Shown in pieces: positions 17,098 to 28,123 of a stretch of DNA of 64,000 bases. Position numbers and translations under genes: made by a program. Numbering within the stretch: the stretch's first letter is position 1; each line of letters opens with the position of its first letter. The DNA comes from Alphaproteobacteria bacterium (GTDB lineage: Bacteria; Pseudomonadota; Alphaproteobacteria; Bin95), in NCBI GenBank assembly GCA_965205265.1, contig CBDBGH010000003.1:1152001-1216000 (forward strand), written 5' to 3'. Under the pieces are notes generated by a model. It did not search any database. It saw only the letters and a list, made by a program, of their open reading frames with translations, and had not been told where the DNA came from.

Positions 17098-18264
17098 ATG
17101 TACCTGCGCACACTCGCTGCAGCGGCTTTGGCGGCCGGGCTGGCGGCTCCGGCCTTCGCGGCCGACCTGCCGAAGACCGTGACGCTCACGGCCTACGGCA
17201 CCACTTCGTCAGGCTATGCCCAGTCCATCGCCATCGGCGCCATGCTCAAGCAGAAGCACGATGTCGAACTGCGCGTGATCCCGGGCAAGAACGACGTCTC
17301 GCGCATGATTCCGGTCGCGAAGAAGCGCGCGCATCTCTGCGCCTGCGGCATCGCCGCCGCCTTCACGCAGGAAGGCGTGTTCATGTTCGGCTCCAAGGCC
17401 TGGGGGCCGATGGCGATCCGCAACCTCTACAACAACGCCAAGGGGCCTCACGGGCTGATGCCGGTGGTCGCGGGCGATGCGGGCATCAAGACCGCCGCCG
17501 ACCTCAAGGGCAAGAATATGGCGTGGATCAAGGGCGCCCCGGCGCTCAACGTCAACCTCACGGCGTTGATGGCCTTCGGCGGCGTCACCTGGGACGATGT
17601 GACCAGGGTCGAGTTCCCCGGCTGGAAGCAGGCCGTGGACGGCGTGATCGGCGGCCAGGCCGACGCGGTCATGGTCTCCACCATGTCGCCGCATGTGAAC
17701 CGGCTGATGGCGTCGCCGCGTGGCAATTGGTGGATCTCGCTGCCCCATGACGACAAGGAAGGCTGGGCCCGGGCCAAGAGTGTGGCGCCGTTCTGGAACC
17801 CGAACAGGGTCACGCTCGGCATCGGCCTCGAGAACAATGAGAGCGGCCAGCCCGAATTCGACGGCCAGATGTATCCCTATCCGATCATCATCGGCCTCGC
17901 CGGCGACATAGACGACGACTTCACCTACGCCATGACCAAGGCGGTGATGGAAGGCTATGAAGGCGAGGGCGGCTACGGGACGCTGAAGGGCACGGCGGGC
18001 TACCAGATCGAAGCCCAGAACCTCCAGTGGATATTCCCCTATGCGGGCGGCTCGGTCCGTTACTACAAGGAAGCGGGTGCCTGGGGCGCAGAGGAAGAAG
18101 CGCACAACAACGCGCTGCTGAAGCGCCAGGACGTGCTGATCGGCGCGTGGAAGACCTACTACGCGGCCAACAAGGACATGGACGACGACGCCTTCGAGGC
18201 AGGCTGGGCCGAGGCCCGCAAGGAAGCGTTGGCGGCGGCCGGTCTGGACGCGCCGTTCTCGTGA
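17098..18264 (+). CDS. TAXI family TRAP transporter solute-binding protein
   Basis: Signal peptide, GTTSSGY, IKTAADLKGK; upstream of a fused TRAP permease. Confidence 0.88.
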   Translation: MYLRTLAAAALAAGLAAPAFAADLPKTVTLTAYGTTSSGYAQSIAIGAMLKQKHDVELRVIPGKNDVSRMIPVAKKRAHLCACGIAAAFTQEGVFMFGSKAWGPMAIRNLYNNAKGPHGLMPVVAGDAGIKTAADLKGKNMAWIKGAPALNVNLTALMAFGGVTWDDVTRVEFPGWKQAVDGVIGGQADAVMVSTMSPHVNRLMASPRGNWWISLPHDDKEGWARAKSVAPFWNPNRVTLGIGLENNESGQPEFDGQMYPYPIIIGLAGDIDDDFTYAMTKAVMEGYEGEGGYGTLKGTAGYQIEAQNLQWIFPYAGGSVRYYKEAGAWGAEEEAHNNALLKRQDVLIGAWKTYYAANKDMDDDAFEAGWAEARKEALAAAGLDAPFS

Positions 18265-18402
18265 CCGTCAAAGGCAGGAAACTGCCGAACTGAACCGGAA
18301 ATGGACCCGCCATGCGCCGCGTGTGGCGGGTCCTTCCTTGCCCCGAACCTGGCCTACGAATCGGCCGGAGCGCGTTGCATTGCAAGTTGGTTAGCGCCCA
18401 CA

Positions 18403-18492
18403 CCGTCATGCCCGGACTTGTTCCGGGCATCTCCCTCCACCGTCTCCGGCGGACGGCCGCATGGATACCCGGAACAAGTCCGGGTATGACGG
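18403..18492. repeat. REPIN doublet
   Basis: Same palindromic arms as the other copies; spacer is the reverse complement type of 53749. Confidence 0.92.
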
Positions 18493-18576
18493 AGAGAGTC
18501 GGGGGCATGACGGGTGAGTAGCCGGATGCTCCGGGTCGAACCGATGCAAACTTCGGAAACAGGACATTAACGCGCC

Positions 18577-20607
18577 ATGACACAGACCGAGCGGGAGACG
18601 GCGCTCAGCCGTCAGGCGGAAGAAGCGGTGGAGCACGCCGAGGCGTCGGTCAGCCGCCATCGGGACCTCGGGCCGGTCTGGATGACGATCGTGGTCGCCG
18701 CCTCCACCCTGTCGGTGCTGGCCTCGATCTATTTCATCTTCAACGTTCATTTGATGATCGACGTGAAGATTTTCGGCGAGGAGACCGAATACTACTATTT
18801 CATGCTCGCCATGCTGTTGCCGCTGGTGTTCCTGCTCTACCCGCCCTGGCGCAATGTCGGCCCGATGGACCGGGTTCCCTGGTACGACATCCTGCTTTCG
18901 CTTGTCGTTTTCGCCGTTTCGATCACCTTTGCGGCGCATGGCGAGGAAAACCTGCTGGAAGGCTGGGAATACGCCGCGCCGGAATGGGCGGTCTACGCCT
19001 CCTATTTCATGTGGCTGATGGTGCTGGAGGCGACCCGCAGGGCGGGCGGCATGCCGATCTTCGTCATCTGCTTCATCGTCTCGCTCTACCCGGCGCTCGC
19101 CGAGCATGCGCCCGGTTTCCTCGAGGGCCAGTCCGAGACGCTGGAAGTTACCGCGAGCTTCCACATGTTCGGCACGGAGAGCGTCATGGGCATCCCCATG
19201 CGCGCCTTCGCCTCCCTTGTGGTGGGCTTCCTCATCTTCGGCGTGGCGCTGCAATTCACCGGCGGCGGCGCCTTTTTCCTCAACCTCGCCTTCGCCCTGC
19301 TCGGGCGCTTCCGCGGCGGGCCGGCCAAGGTGGCGATCTTCTCGTCCGGCCTGATGGGCTCGATGAGCGGCTCGGTCATCACCAATGTGCTGACCACGGG
19401 CGCGCTTTCCATTCCGGCGATGAAGCGGGTCGGTTTCCGCCCGGCCTATGCGGGCGGCGTCGAGGCCTGCGCCTCGACGGGCGGCGTGCTGATGCCGCCC
19501 GTGATGGGCGCCACCGCCTTCATCATGGCGACCTTCCTGGAAATCTCATACGCCGTGATCCTGGTGGCGGCGATCATCCCCTCGCTGCTCTACTATTTCA
19601 GCCTGTTCATGCAGATCGACGCCTATTCCGCGCGCTTCGGCCTCGAAGGGCTGCCCAAGGCCGAAATGCCGAAGGCGCGGGAGGTGATGCGCGACGGCTG
19701 GCATTTCATCTTCGTGCTGGCGCTGCTGATCGTGATGCTGCTGGTGATGCAGCAGGAGGCGCAGGCGCCTTACTACGCCGCCGCCCTGCTGATCGTCATC
19801 AACCAGGTGCGCGCCCACGACCGATGGAACCTGGAGCGGTGCAAGCAGTTCCTCATCGGCATCGCCAAGCTGTTCACGGAGCTCGCCGGCATCCTGGCGG
19901 GCGTCGGCCTCATCATCGGCGCGCTGATGCTGACCGGGAAGGTCGGCAACCTGTCGTTGGAGCTCGTCACCCTCGCCGGCGATTCGATCTTCGTGCTGCT
20001 CGTCATGGGGGCCATCACCAGCTTCATCCTCGGCATGGGCATGACGGTGACGGCGGCCTATCTCTTCCTGGCCATCGCGCTCGCGCCGGCGCTCACCGCC
20101 AGCGGGCGGCTCGACCTGCTCGCCGTGCATCTCTACATGATGTATTGGGGCATGATCTCCTTCATCACGCCGCCGGTGGCCCTCGGCGCCTTCGCCGCCG
20201 CCACGGTGGCCCGCGCCAACCCCATCACCACCGGCTTCGAAGCGATGCGGCTCGGCGCGATCATCTATTTCGTGCCGTTCTTCTTCGTGCTGAACCCGGC
20301 GCTGATCGGCCATGGCACGACCGTCGAGGTCATCACGGTCTGCGGGCTGGCCTTCGCGGGCGTCATCCTGATTTCGGGCGCGCTGCAAGGCTATCTGATC
20401 GGCATCGGCTCGCTCACCGGCAACCCGCTTGCCGCATGGCCGATACGCCTGGCGCTGTTCTTCTCCGGCCTGTTGCTGGCTTTGCCCGGCGGCGAACTCA
20501 CCGGCTATTCGCACGCGCAATTGCTGATCGCGGCGGTTGTGCTGGGGGCTCCCGCGGCAGCGGCCGGCTGGTTCATGAACCGGCGGGGGACGGCACGGAC
20601 GGCCTGA
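18577..20607 (+). CDS. TRAP transporter 4TM/12TM fused permease
   Basis: GGPAKVAI, EACASTGGVLMPPVMGA, ITPPVAL motifs. Confidence 0.93.
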   Translation: MTQTERETALSRQAEEAVEHAEASVSRHRDLGPVWMTIVVAASTLSVLASIYFIFNVHLMIDVKIFGEETEYYYFMLAMLLPLVFLLYPPWRNVGPMDRVPWYDILLSLVVFAVSITFAAHGEENLLEGWEYAAPEWAVYASYFMWLMVLEATRRAGGMPIFVICFIVSLYPALAEHAPGFLEGQSETLEVTASFHMFGTESVMGIPMRAFASLVVGFLIFGVALQFTGGGAFFLNLAFALLGRFRGGPAKVAIFSSGLMGSMSGSVITNVLTTGALSIPAMKRVGFRPAYAGGVEACASTGGVLMPPVMGATAFIMATFLEISYAVILVAAIIPSLLYYFSLFMQIDAYSARFGLEGLPKAEMPKAREVMRDGWHFIFVLALLIVMLLVMQQEAQAPYYAAALLIVINQVRAHDRWNLERCKQFLIGIAKLFTELAGILAGVGLIIGALMLTGKVGNLSLELVTLAGDSIFVLLVMGAITSFILGMGMTVTAAYLFLAIALAPALTASGRLDLLAVHLYMMYWGMISFITPPVALGAFAAATVARANPITTGFEAMRLGAIIYFVPFFFVLNPALIGHGTTVEVITVCGLAFAGVILISGALQGYLIGIGSLTGNPLAAWPIRLALFFSGLLLALPGGELTGYSHAQLLIAAVVLGAPAAAAGWFMNRRGTARTA

Positions 20608-20631
20608 GAGCGGCGGGAGCCGCGGCCGTCC

Positions 20632-20805
20632 TTATCCGAAGGCCGCCACGAGGCCGACGATGAACCCGATCACGCCGATCACGGTGATGACGGCTCCGCC
20701 GACCCTGGCCTGCAGGCCGTCATCCGCCCCGAACCCGATCCGCATGGCGACGATGCCCAGTATCGCAACCAGGGCGGACATGACCAGACCGAGCGCAGTG
20801 CCCAT
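20632..20805 (-). CDS. small membrane protein (57 aa, two predicted helices)
   Basis: AAAGGAA SD 6 nt before ATG; two hydrophobic segments; fills the intergenic gap. Confidence 0.6.
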   Translation of the reverse strand: MGTALGLVMSALVAILGIVAMRIGFGADDGLQARVGGAVITVIGVIGFIVGLVAAFG

Positions 20806-20885
20806 CGCGTGTTCCTTTGCCTTGCGCTGCCGCAAGTTTCGATGCCTTGGGCGGCGCAATCGGGGCGCGGCGCCCGGTTTGCGTT

Positions 20886-21740
20886 CTATTGCGGCGACAT
20901 GCCCCTGAGCCGCTCGGAGCGGCGCCGCAGCAGTTCGACGGTGGTCAGCAGGCAGATCGAGATGACCACCAGGATGGTCGCGACGGCGAGGATCGTCGGG
21001 CTGATCTGTTCGCGGAGCCCGGTGAACATCTGCCAGGGCAGCGTCTTCTGGCCGGCCGAGCCGACGAACAGCACCACGACCACCTCGTCGAAGGAGGTGA
21101 TGAAGGCGAACAGCCCGCCCGAGATCACGCCGGGCAGGATCAGCGGCGCCTGCACCTTGAAGAAGGTCCGCACCGGATTGGCGCCGAGATTGGCGGCGGC
21201 GCGCGTCAGGCTCCTGTCGAAGCCGACCAGCGTCGCGGTCACGGTAATGATGACGAAGGGGATGCCGAGCGCGGCATGGGCCAGCACGACCCCGAGATAG
21301 GTGCCCTGGAGGCCGATGCGCGAATAGAAGAAATACATGCCGGCCGCGGAGATGATGAGCGGCACGATCATCGGGGAGATCAGCACCGCCATGATCGCGC
21401 CCCGGAACGGCACATGGCTCTGCGACAGGCCGATGGCGGCGAGCGTGCCGAGGCTCACCGACAGCAGGGTTGCCACAGGCGCGATGCGTACGGAGTTGTA
21501 GAGCGCATTCTGCCAGTCGATATTGGTGAAGAAATCGTTGTAGTTCACCATGCTGTAGGCGTCGGCCTCCAGCGCCAGCATGCCCGGCGTGAAGGTGAAA
21601 TAGGGCAGCGGGTTGAAGCTGAGGGGGACGATGACCAGCAGCGGGAAGATGAGGAAGAAGAAAATCAGCACGCAGATGAGCCGGAAGCCCCAGTACCAGA
21701 GCTTCTGGCCGGTCGATGCATATGGCGGCAGTGCGGCCAT
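20886..21740 (-). CDS. polyamine-type ABC permease (PotC-like)
   Basis: RAAANLGA loop, FITSFDEVVV, TLPWQMF motifs. Confidence 0.9.
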   Translation of the reverse strand: MAALPPYASTGQKLWYWGFRLICVLIFFFLIFPLLVIVPLSFNPLPYFTFTPGMLALEADAYSMVNYNDFFTNIDWQNALYNSVRIAPVATLLSVSLGTLAAIGLSQSHVPFRGAIMAVLISPMIVPLIISAAGMYFFYSRIGLQGTYLGVVLAHAALGIPFVIITVTATLVGFDRSLTRAAANLGANPVRTFFKVQAPLILPGVISGGLFAFITSFDEVVVVLFVGSAGQKTLPWQMFTGLREQISPTILAVATILVVISICLLTTVELLRRRSERLRGMSPQ

Positions 21741-21745
21741 GCGCG

Positions 21746-23014
21746 CTATCCCAGCTTCACATTGTCGATGCCGACGATCCTGTCGTAGAGCCAGTAGAGG
21801 ACCAGCACGACCGCCAGCAGGATGACGCCCAGCGCCGCCGCAAGCCCCCAATTGAGGCTCGAGGAGATGTGGTAGGCGATCCGGTTGGAAATGAAGGTGC
21901 CCGAGGTGCCGCCGACCAGTTCGGGCGTGATGTAGTAGCCGATGGAGAGGATGAAGACGAGGATGCAGCCCGCCCCGATGCCGGGCACGCTCTGCGGGAA
22001 ATAGACCCGCCAGAAGGCGGTCCAGTCCGTTGCGCCCAGGGATTTCGCGGCGCGCATGTAGCTCGGCGGGATCGTGCGCATCACCGAATAGAGCGGCAGG
22101 ATCATGAACGGCAGCAGGATGTGCGTCATGGCGATGATCGTGCCGGTCTGGTTGTTTATCATTGCAAGGCGCCCGTCATCGGCGACGAGGCCTATGAAGA
22201 CCAGCGTGTCGTTGATGACGCCCTGTTGCTGAAGCAATACCTTCCAGGCGGAGGTGCGGACCAGCAGCGAGGTCCAGAACGGCAGCAGAACGAGGATCAT
22301 CAGCATGTTCGACGTGCGCATCGGCAGCGTGGCCAGCAGGAAGGCCACCGGATAGCCGATCAGGAGGCAGGCAACCGTGATGACGACGCTCAGCAGCAAG
22401 GTGCGCTCGAACAGGAAGATGTAGATTCGTTCGTTCTCGGGCCTTGCCTCAATGCCGGTTGCGCCGAGCCTCGCATCGACGGCGTTGAGGAAATAACCCG
22501 ACGTGTAGGCGCTCGAAAACCGCTTGATCGTGGCCCAGGTCTCAGGATCGGCCCAGCTCTTGTGGATCTTGGCGAACTGCGCGGCGAGATCGCCGTCCTC
22601 GTCCATCCTCTTGACCCGCCGCCCCGTCTTGCGCAGCAGGCTGGCGACTCCCGTCTGCTCGTAGTTGAGCCGGGAGCCGAGCTTGGTATGCGCCTTGGCG
22701 GCGACCGCAGCGAGCAGGTCCCGGTGAAGCGCGGCGAAGACCTTTTCGCCCGGCGGTTGGCCGGAGGCGTCGTCCCAGTCTTCCAGCGCCGCAACGGTAA
22801 GCGGCAGCGTATCCGGCACGATCGCGTTCTCGACCGAACGGAACAGCATGTCCGCGATCGGCGCCGCGAACGTGACAAGAATGAAGATCAGCAGCGGCGC
22901 GATCAGCATGAGCGCGCGAAGCTTTTGCAGGCGGAGCGCGCGGGCCAGCGACTGCCTCAGCGGCCGGCCGTCTGCCGCAAGGATCGGCCCGGAGGCGTTT
23001 TCGCCGTTCGCCAT
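21746..23014 (-). CDS. polyamine-type ABC permease (PotB-like)
   Basis: LLPFWTSLLVR, LPFMILPLY, RAAKSLGA motifs. Confidence 0.9.
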   Translation of the reverse strand: MANGENASGPILAADGRPLRQSLARALRLQKLRALMLIAPLLIFILVTFAAPIADMLFRSVENAIVPDTLPLTVAALEDWDDASGQPPGEKVFAALHRDLLAAVAAKAHTKLGSRLNYEQTGVASLLRKTGRRVKRMDEDGDLAAQFAKIHKSWADPETWATIKRFSSAYTSGYFLNAVDARLGATGIEARPENERIYIFLFERTLLLSVVITVACLLIGYPVAFLLATLPMRTSNMLMILVLLPFWTSLLVRTSAWKVLLQQQGVINDTLVFIGLVADDGRLAMINNQTGTIIAMTHILLPFMILPLYSVMRTIPPSYMRAAKSLGATDWTAFWRVYFPQSVPGIGAGCILVFILSIGYYITPELVGGTSGTFISNRIAYHISSSLNWGLAAALGVILLAVVLVLYWLYDRIVGIDNVKLG

Positions 23015-23052
23015 GAAGCCCCGCGCGCCTTCTTCCGAAGGCCGAAAAGGGT

Positions 23053-23074
23053 GGAGGGGCCCGCGGGCCCCTCC
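23053..23074 (-). terminator. intergenic hairpin after the binding-protein gene (attenuator or mRNA stabiliser)
   Basis: GGAGGGGCCC-GC-GGGCCCCTCC, followed by ACCCTTTT on the minus strand. Confidence 0.55.
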
Positions 23075-23086
23075 GTCAGGACGCCT

Positions 23087-24184
23087 CTACTTGGCGAGCC
23101 AGGTCTGGAACTTCGCGTCGATATCGTCGCGATAGTCCGCCCAGAACTCGTAGTTGTAGAGCAGCGTGTTGCTCATGTTTTTCGGCTCGTTCGGCATGTG
23201 CGGGGCCATGTCGATGCCCAGTGTTGCATGCTTGCCGACCAGCGGCGCCGAAGATGCGCGCGCCGGACCGTAGGAGATGTATTTCGCCTGGTCCGCAAGG
23301 CGCTGGGTGTCGGTGGCGAAATTGAGGTAGTGCAGCGCGCGCTTCTTGCGCTCGTCGCTCAGGTTCGCCGGGACGATCCAGCCGTCGAGGTCGAACACCT
23401 GGCCGTCCCACAGCATGGCGACCGGCTGCTTGTCCTCCTCGATGAGCTTGAACAGGCGCCCGTTATAGGTGGAACCGATCACGACTTCGCCGTCGGCCAG
23501 AAGCTGCGGCGTATCCGCGCCGGCGGACCACCACACGACATGCTCCTTGATCGTGTCGAGCTTGGCGAACGCCTGCGCCTGGCCTTCCTCGGTCGCCAGC
23601 ACGTCGTAAATGTCCTCCATGGCGACGCCGTCGCACATCAGCGCCCATTCCATGTTGTTGATCGGGCGCTTTTCGAGGCTGCGCTTGCCCGGATAATTCT
23701 CCAGGTCGAACACGGCGCAGACGTCCTTGGGCGGCGTGTCGCCCACCATGTCGGTGCGGTAGCCGAAGGTCGTCGAATAGACGATCTGCGGGATGAAGCA
23801 GGGCGTCACGAGGAAGTCGCCGAAGTCCTCGGACGCGGGCGTGCCGTCGGGCGCCGCCGCGAGCATCGAGTCCACATCGACCTCCATGGCGAGGCCTTCG
23901 TCGCAAAGCCGGATGGCGTCCGAAGCGACCACATCGACCACGTCCCAGGTCGTGTTGCCGGCTTCCGCCATGGCGCGAAGCTTGGCGACCGCTTCCGCCG
24001 CGCTCTCATCGTTGATGATGTTCACGCCCGGATTCATTTTCATATAGGGTTTGTGGTAGGCGTTCATCTGGGATGCCGAATAGGCACCGCCCCAGGACAC
24101 GATGGTCATGTCCTCCGCCTGCGCCGCGCCGGCCAGCGCCACGGAGGCAACCGCGCCGGCTGCAAGGAATGTTCTGAGTCTCAT
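23087..24184 (-). CDS. polyamine-type ABC substrate-binding protein (PotD-like)
   Basis: Signal peptide, SWGGAY, WDVVDV, YNGR motifs; AAGGGAG SD. Confidence 0.9.
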   Translation of the reverse strand: MRLRTFLAAGAVASVALAGAAQAEDMTIVSWGGAYSASQMNAYHKPYMKMNPGVNIINDESAAEAVAKLRAMAEAGNTTWDVVDVVASDAIRLCDEGLAMEVDVDSMLAAAPDGTPASEDFGDFLVTPCFIPQIVYSTTFGYRTDMVGDTPPKDVCAVFDLENYPGKRSLEKRPINNMEWALMCDGVAMEDIYDVLATEEGQAQAFAKLDTIKEHVVWWSAGADTPQLLADGEVVIGSTYNGRLFKLIEEDKQPVAMLWDGQVFDLDGWIVPANLSDERKKRALHYLNFATDTQRLADQAKYISYGPARASSAPLVGKHATLGIDMAPHMPNEPKNMSNTLLYNYEFWADYRDDIDAKFQTWLAK

Positions 24185-24267
24185 GTGGCGTTCTCCCTTG
24201 TTTACCACTCTTTCCGTCCAAGCGTGGCGTAGCGGGGAGGCAACGACGCGCGCTCCCCGGTTACGGT

Positions 24268-25362
<1,095 letters not shown>

Positions 25363-25524
25363 GATGTCCCCGATTGCCGGCAAATACCGCCCGGACGCTA
25401 ACACAAACGGAGCGGCAATCGAATAGGGGGCTTGAGATTTTCAACTGCCCGGCAGGGTTTCGCCCTCTTGCGCTTGCTGCTATTCGCCTCGGGTCCGCAA
25501 CCCTCAAGCGAAGGAGTTCCCGGA

Positions 25525-25764
25525 ATGGCCCAGCAACTCCTCCACCTCGTTTTCGGCGGGCGCCTTGTGCATCCCGACGGAACGGAATTCGCAGACCTCA
25601 AGGCCCTGGATATCGTCGGCATCTACCCCAACTACGCCGAGGCCGCCAAGGCGTGGCGCGGCAAGGCGCAGGGCACGGTGGACGATGCGCATATGCGCTA
25701 CTACGTCGTGCATCTGCATCGCCTGCTGGACCCCGACAACCACCAGCAGGCGGAAGGACATTAG
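25525..25764 (+). CDS. DUF4170 family protein
   Basis: QLLHLVFGG, DIVGIYPNY, TVDDAHMRY motifs; AAGGAG SD. Confidence 0.85.
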   Translation: MAQQLLHLVFGGRLVHPDGTEFADLKALDIVGIYPNYAEAAKAWRGKAQGTVDDAHMRYYVVHLHRLLDPDNHQQAEGH

Positions 25765-25767
25765 CCG

Positions 25768-27414
25768 ATGGACGGCGGCGAGGCCCTGGCGGAAACACTT
25801 GCGGCATGGAGCGTCGATACAGCCTTCGCCGTTCCGGGCGAAAGCTATCTTCCGGTGCTTGCCGCCCTGCAACGCCGGGCCAACGCCATCCGCCTCGTCA
25901 CGCCCCGGCATGAGTCCGGCGTAACCTTCGCCTGCGCCGCCTATGGCAGGATTGCCGGCAAGCCGGCGGTCGGCCTGGTCAGCCGCGGTCCCGGCTCGAC
26001 CAATGCCTCCATCGGGCTGCATGTCGCGCGGCAGGACTCGGTGCCGATGCTTCTGGTCATCGGCGATGTTCCGACGGCCTCGAAAGGCCGCGAAGCCTTC
26101 CAGGAAATCGACTACCGCAGGATGTTCTCCGGCATTGCCAAAGCAGTGCTTGAACCCGGCGCGGCGGCGGATGTGCCGGCGGAGGCGGCCCGTGCGCTCG
26201 AACTCGCCATGGCGGGGCGGCCCGGACCGGTCGTGCTCGTGATGCCGAAGGACATTTCCGATGGTGACGCCGGCTCGCCGGCAATTCCGGGGCCGGTGCG
26301 CCGCGCGCCGCTGCTCCCCGACCCCGAAGCCATTGCCGAGGCCGTGCGCCGGATCGATGCCGCCGAAAGACCTGTCGTCGTCGCAGGCGAATTGATTGCG
26401 TTCGACGGCGCGGAGGAGCCGCTTGCGCGATTCGCGGACGCGAGCGGCGCGGCCGTCACGACCGCCTATCGGTGTCAGGACGCGATATCCAACGACCACC
26501 CGGCCTATATCGGGCATCTGGAGATCAACAGGGACGACTTCCAGGAACGGGCCTGGGAAGAGGCCGACCTCGTGATCGCCGCCGGAGCGCGGCTGGACGG
26601 CATCACGACCCGCGACTTTTCCCTGATCCGGGACGACCAGGCCCTGATTCACATTTACCCCGACGCCGAAGTGCTGGAGCGCTGGCCTTCGGGGCTGGCG
26701 GTCAGGGCGGATGCGGGGCCGGCGCTTGAGGCGCTCGCCGCCGCGGTCTCGAACGGCAGCGCGGTCCGCAACGACTGGCGCGGGGGGTTGAACGCGGCGT
26801 ATCGGCGCTTCTCCGACCCGGGCGGCGTTCCCGTCAACGGGCTCCTGGACCTTGCGGAGGTAACGGCGGAGGCGCGCCGGCAATTGCCGCCCGATGCGGT
26901 TGTCATCACCGACAGCGGCACCTTTGCGCGCTGGGTGCACCGCTATTTCCGGTTCGGCGGCCGGCGCACCCAGGCAGGGCCGATGGCAGGCGCGATGGGC
27001 TACGGTGTCCCGGGCGGCATCGGCGCGGCGCTTGCGCGGCCCCGGTCGCCGGTCGTGGTCTTTGTCGGCGACGGCGGGTTCCTGATGACGGGACAGGAAG
27101 CCGTGACCCTGGTGCAGGAGCGCCTGCCGGTGAAGATCGTCGTCTGCGACAACAATGCCTGGGGCTCGATCCTCACGTCGCAGCAGGCGCGCTACGGCGA
27201 GGACGGCATTTTCGGCACAAGGCTGGAAAGCCCGGATTTCGAGGCCGTCGGCCGCGCCTACGGCCTCCATGTGAGCCGCGTGCGGGAGACCGGAGAGTTC
27301 GCCGGCGCCCTTGCCGCCGCGCTTGCGCATCCGGGGCCGGCTTTGATCCACCTGGAGCTCGATGAGCGCGACATTTCCCCCTTCACCGGCCAGTCGCAGT
27401 CCTACCGGGTCTGA
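25768..27414 (+). CDS. thiamine diphosphate-dependent enzyme, acetolactate synthase-like
   Basis: VPGESY, RHE, SRGPG, GDGGFLM...DNN motifs. Confidence 0.92.
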   Translation: MDGGEALAETLAAWSVDTAFAVPGESYLPVLAALQRRANAIRLVTPRHESGVTFACAAYGRIAGKPAVGLVSRGPGSTNASIGLHVARQDSVPMLLVIGDVPTASKGREAFQEIDYRRMFSGIAKAVLEPGAAADVPAEAARALELAMAGRPGPVVLVMPKDISDGDAGSPAIPGPVRRAPLLPDPEAIAEAVRRIDAAERPVVVAGELIAFDGAEEPLARFADASGAAVTTAYRCQDAISNDHPAYIGHLEINRDDFQERAWEEADLVIAAGARLDGITTRDFSLIRDDQALIHIYPDAEVLERWPSGLAVRADAGPALEALAAAVSNGSAVRNDWRGGLNAAYRRFSDPGGVPVNGLLDLAEVTAEARRQLPPDAVVITDSGTFARWVHRYFRFGGRRTQAGPMAGAMGYGVPGGIGAALARPRSPVVVFVGDGGFLMTGQEAVTLVQERLPVKIVVCDNNAWGSILTSQQARYGEDGIFGTRLESPDFEAVGRAYGLHVSRVRETGEFAGALAAALAHPGPALIHLELDERDISPFTGQSQSYRV

Positions 27415-27449
27415 GAGACCGTTTGAGAATAGCGGCTGCGCCTCTGTTA

Positions 27450-27549
27450 CGTCGCCCCGGCCCCCGAGCCGGGGTCTCCGGAAGCGTAGGCAAAGCCTTC
27501 GACATCCCACCAGGCGACACGAGGCCCCGGCTCGGGGGCCGGGGCGACG
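27450..27549. repeat. REPIN-like doublet, third family (GTCGCCCCGGCCCCCGAGCCGGGG)
   Basis: CGTCGCCCCGGCCCCCGAGCCGGGG ... CCCCGGCTCGGGGGCCGGGGCGACG perfect inverted arms. Confidence 0.85.
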
Positions 27550-27700
27550 ATGTTTTTGCGCCTTCGGCTCGGTCGCCGCTCGCCCGAATAACGCGAGGCG
27601 CCCAACCGCATGCCTTCGCGAAAGCGGGGGGCGCCCCCGGCCCTCTTTCCGTCATGCCCGGTCGGGGCGATGTCCGCGTCCGGCAGGGGCATGGGCGTCT

Positions 27701-28123
27701 CTACCGTCCGGTTCGTTGCTTGCGGCGGCGGTAGCGCTCCAGACGGTGGCGCTTTAGGAAGCGCTGCACCGCGGTCGCGCCGAAGGACAGCCCCTCGGCG
27801 GCGAGCGCGGCGCGCAGCCCCCGGACGGACAGCCCCGGCTGCGCCTCAAGCATGCGGAAAATCCGCTCGCGCTCCGGCTCGATCCGCGAGGGCGTGGCGC
27901 CGCCCTGCCTGTCGGGCCGCACATGGCCGCGCTGGCGAAAGCGCTGCAACCAGCGGCGGACCGTGCGCTCCCCCAGCCCGAAATGCCGGGCTGCGGCGGC
28001 GGCGCTCATGCCGCCCTCCAGCACGGCCGCCACCGCCCGGCCCCGCAGGTCCTCGCTGACGGGGCGGCCGCGCCTTTGCCGTCCCAGCGCGCCCGCCTGC
28101 CCGTTCGCCGTTTCCGCCGTCAT
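27701..28123 (-). CDS. IS630-family transposase N-terminal HTH protein, no DDE domain
   Basis: RPVSEDLRGRAVAAVLEGGMSAAAAARHFGLGERTVRRW, GGATPSRI, PGLSVRGL; GGAGGAG SD; 140 aa. Confidence 0.75.
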   Translation of the reverse strand: MTAETANGQAGALGRQRRGRPVSEDLRGRAVAAVLEGGMSAAAAARHFGLGERTVRRWLQRFRQRGHVRPDRQGGATPSRIEPERERIFRMLEAQPGLSVRGLRAALAAEGLSFGATAVQRFLKRHRLERYRRRKQRTGR

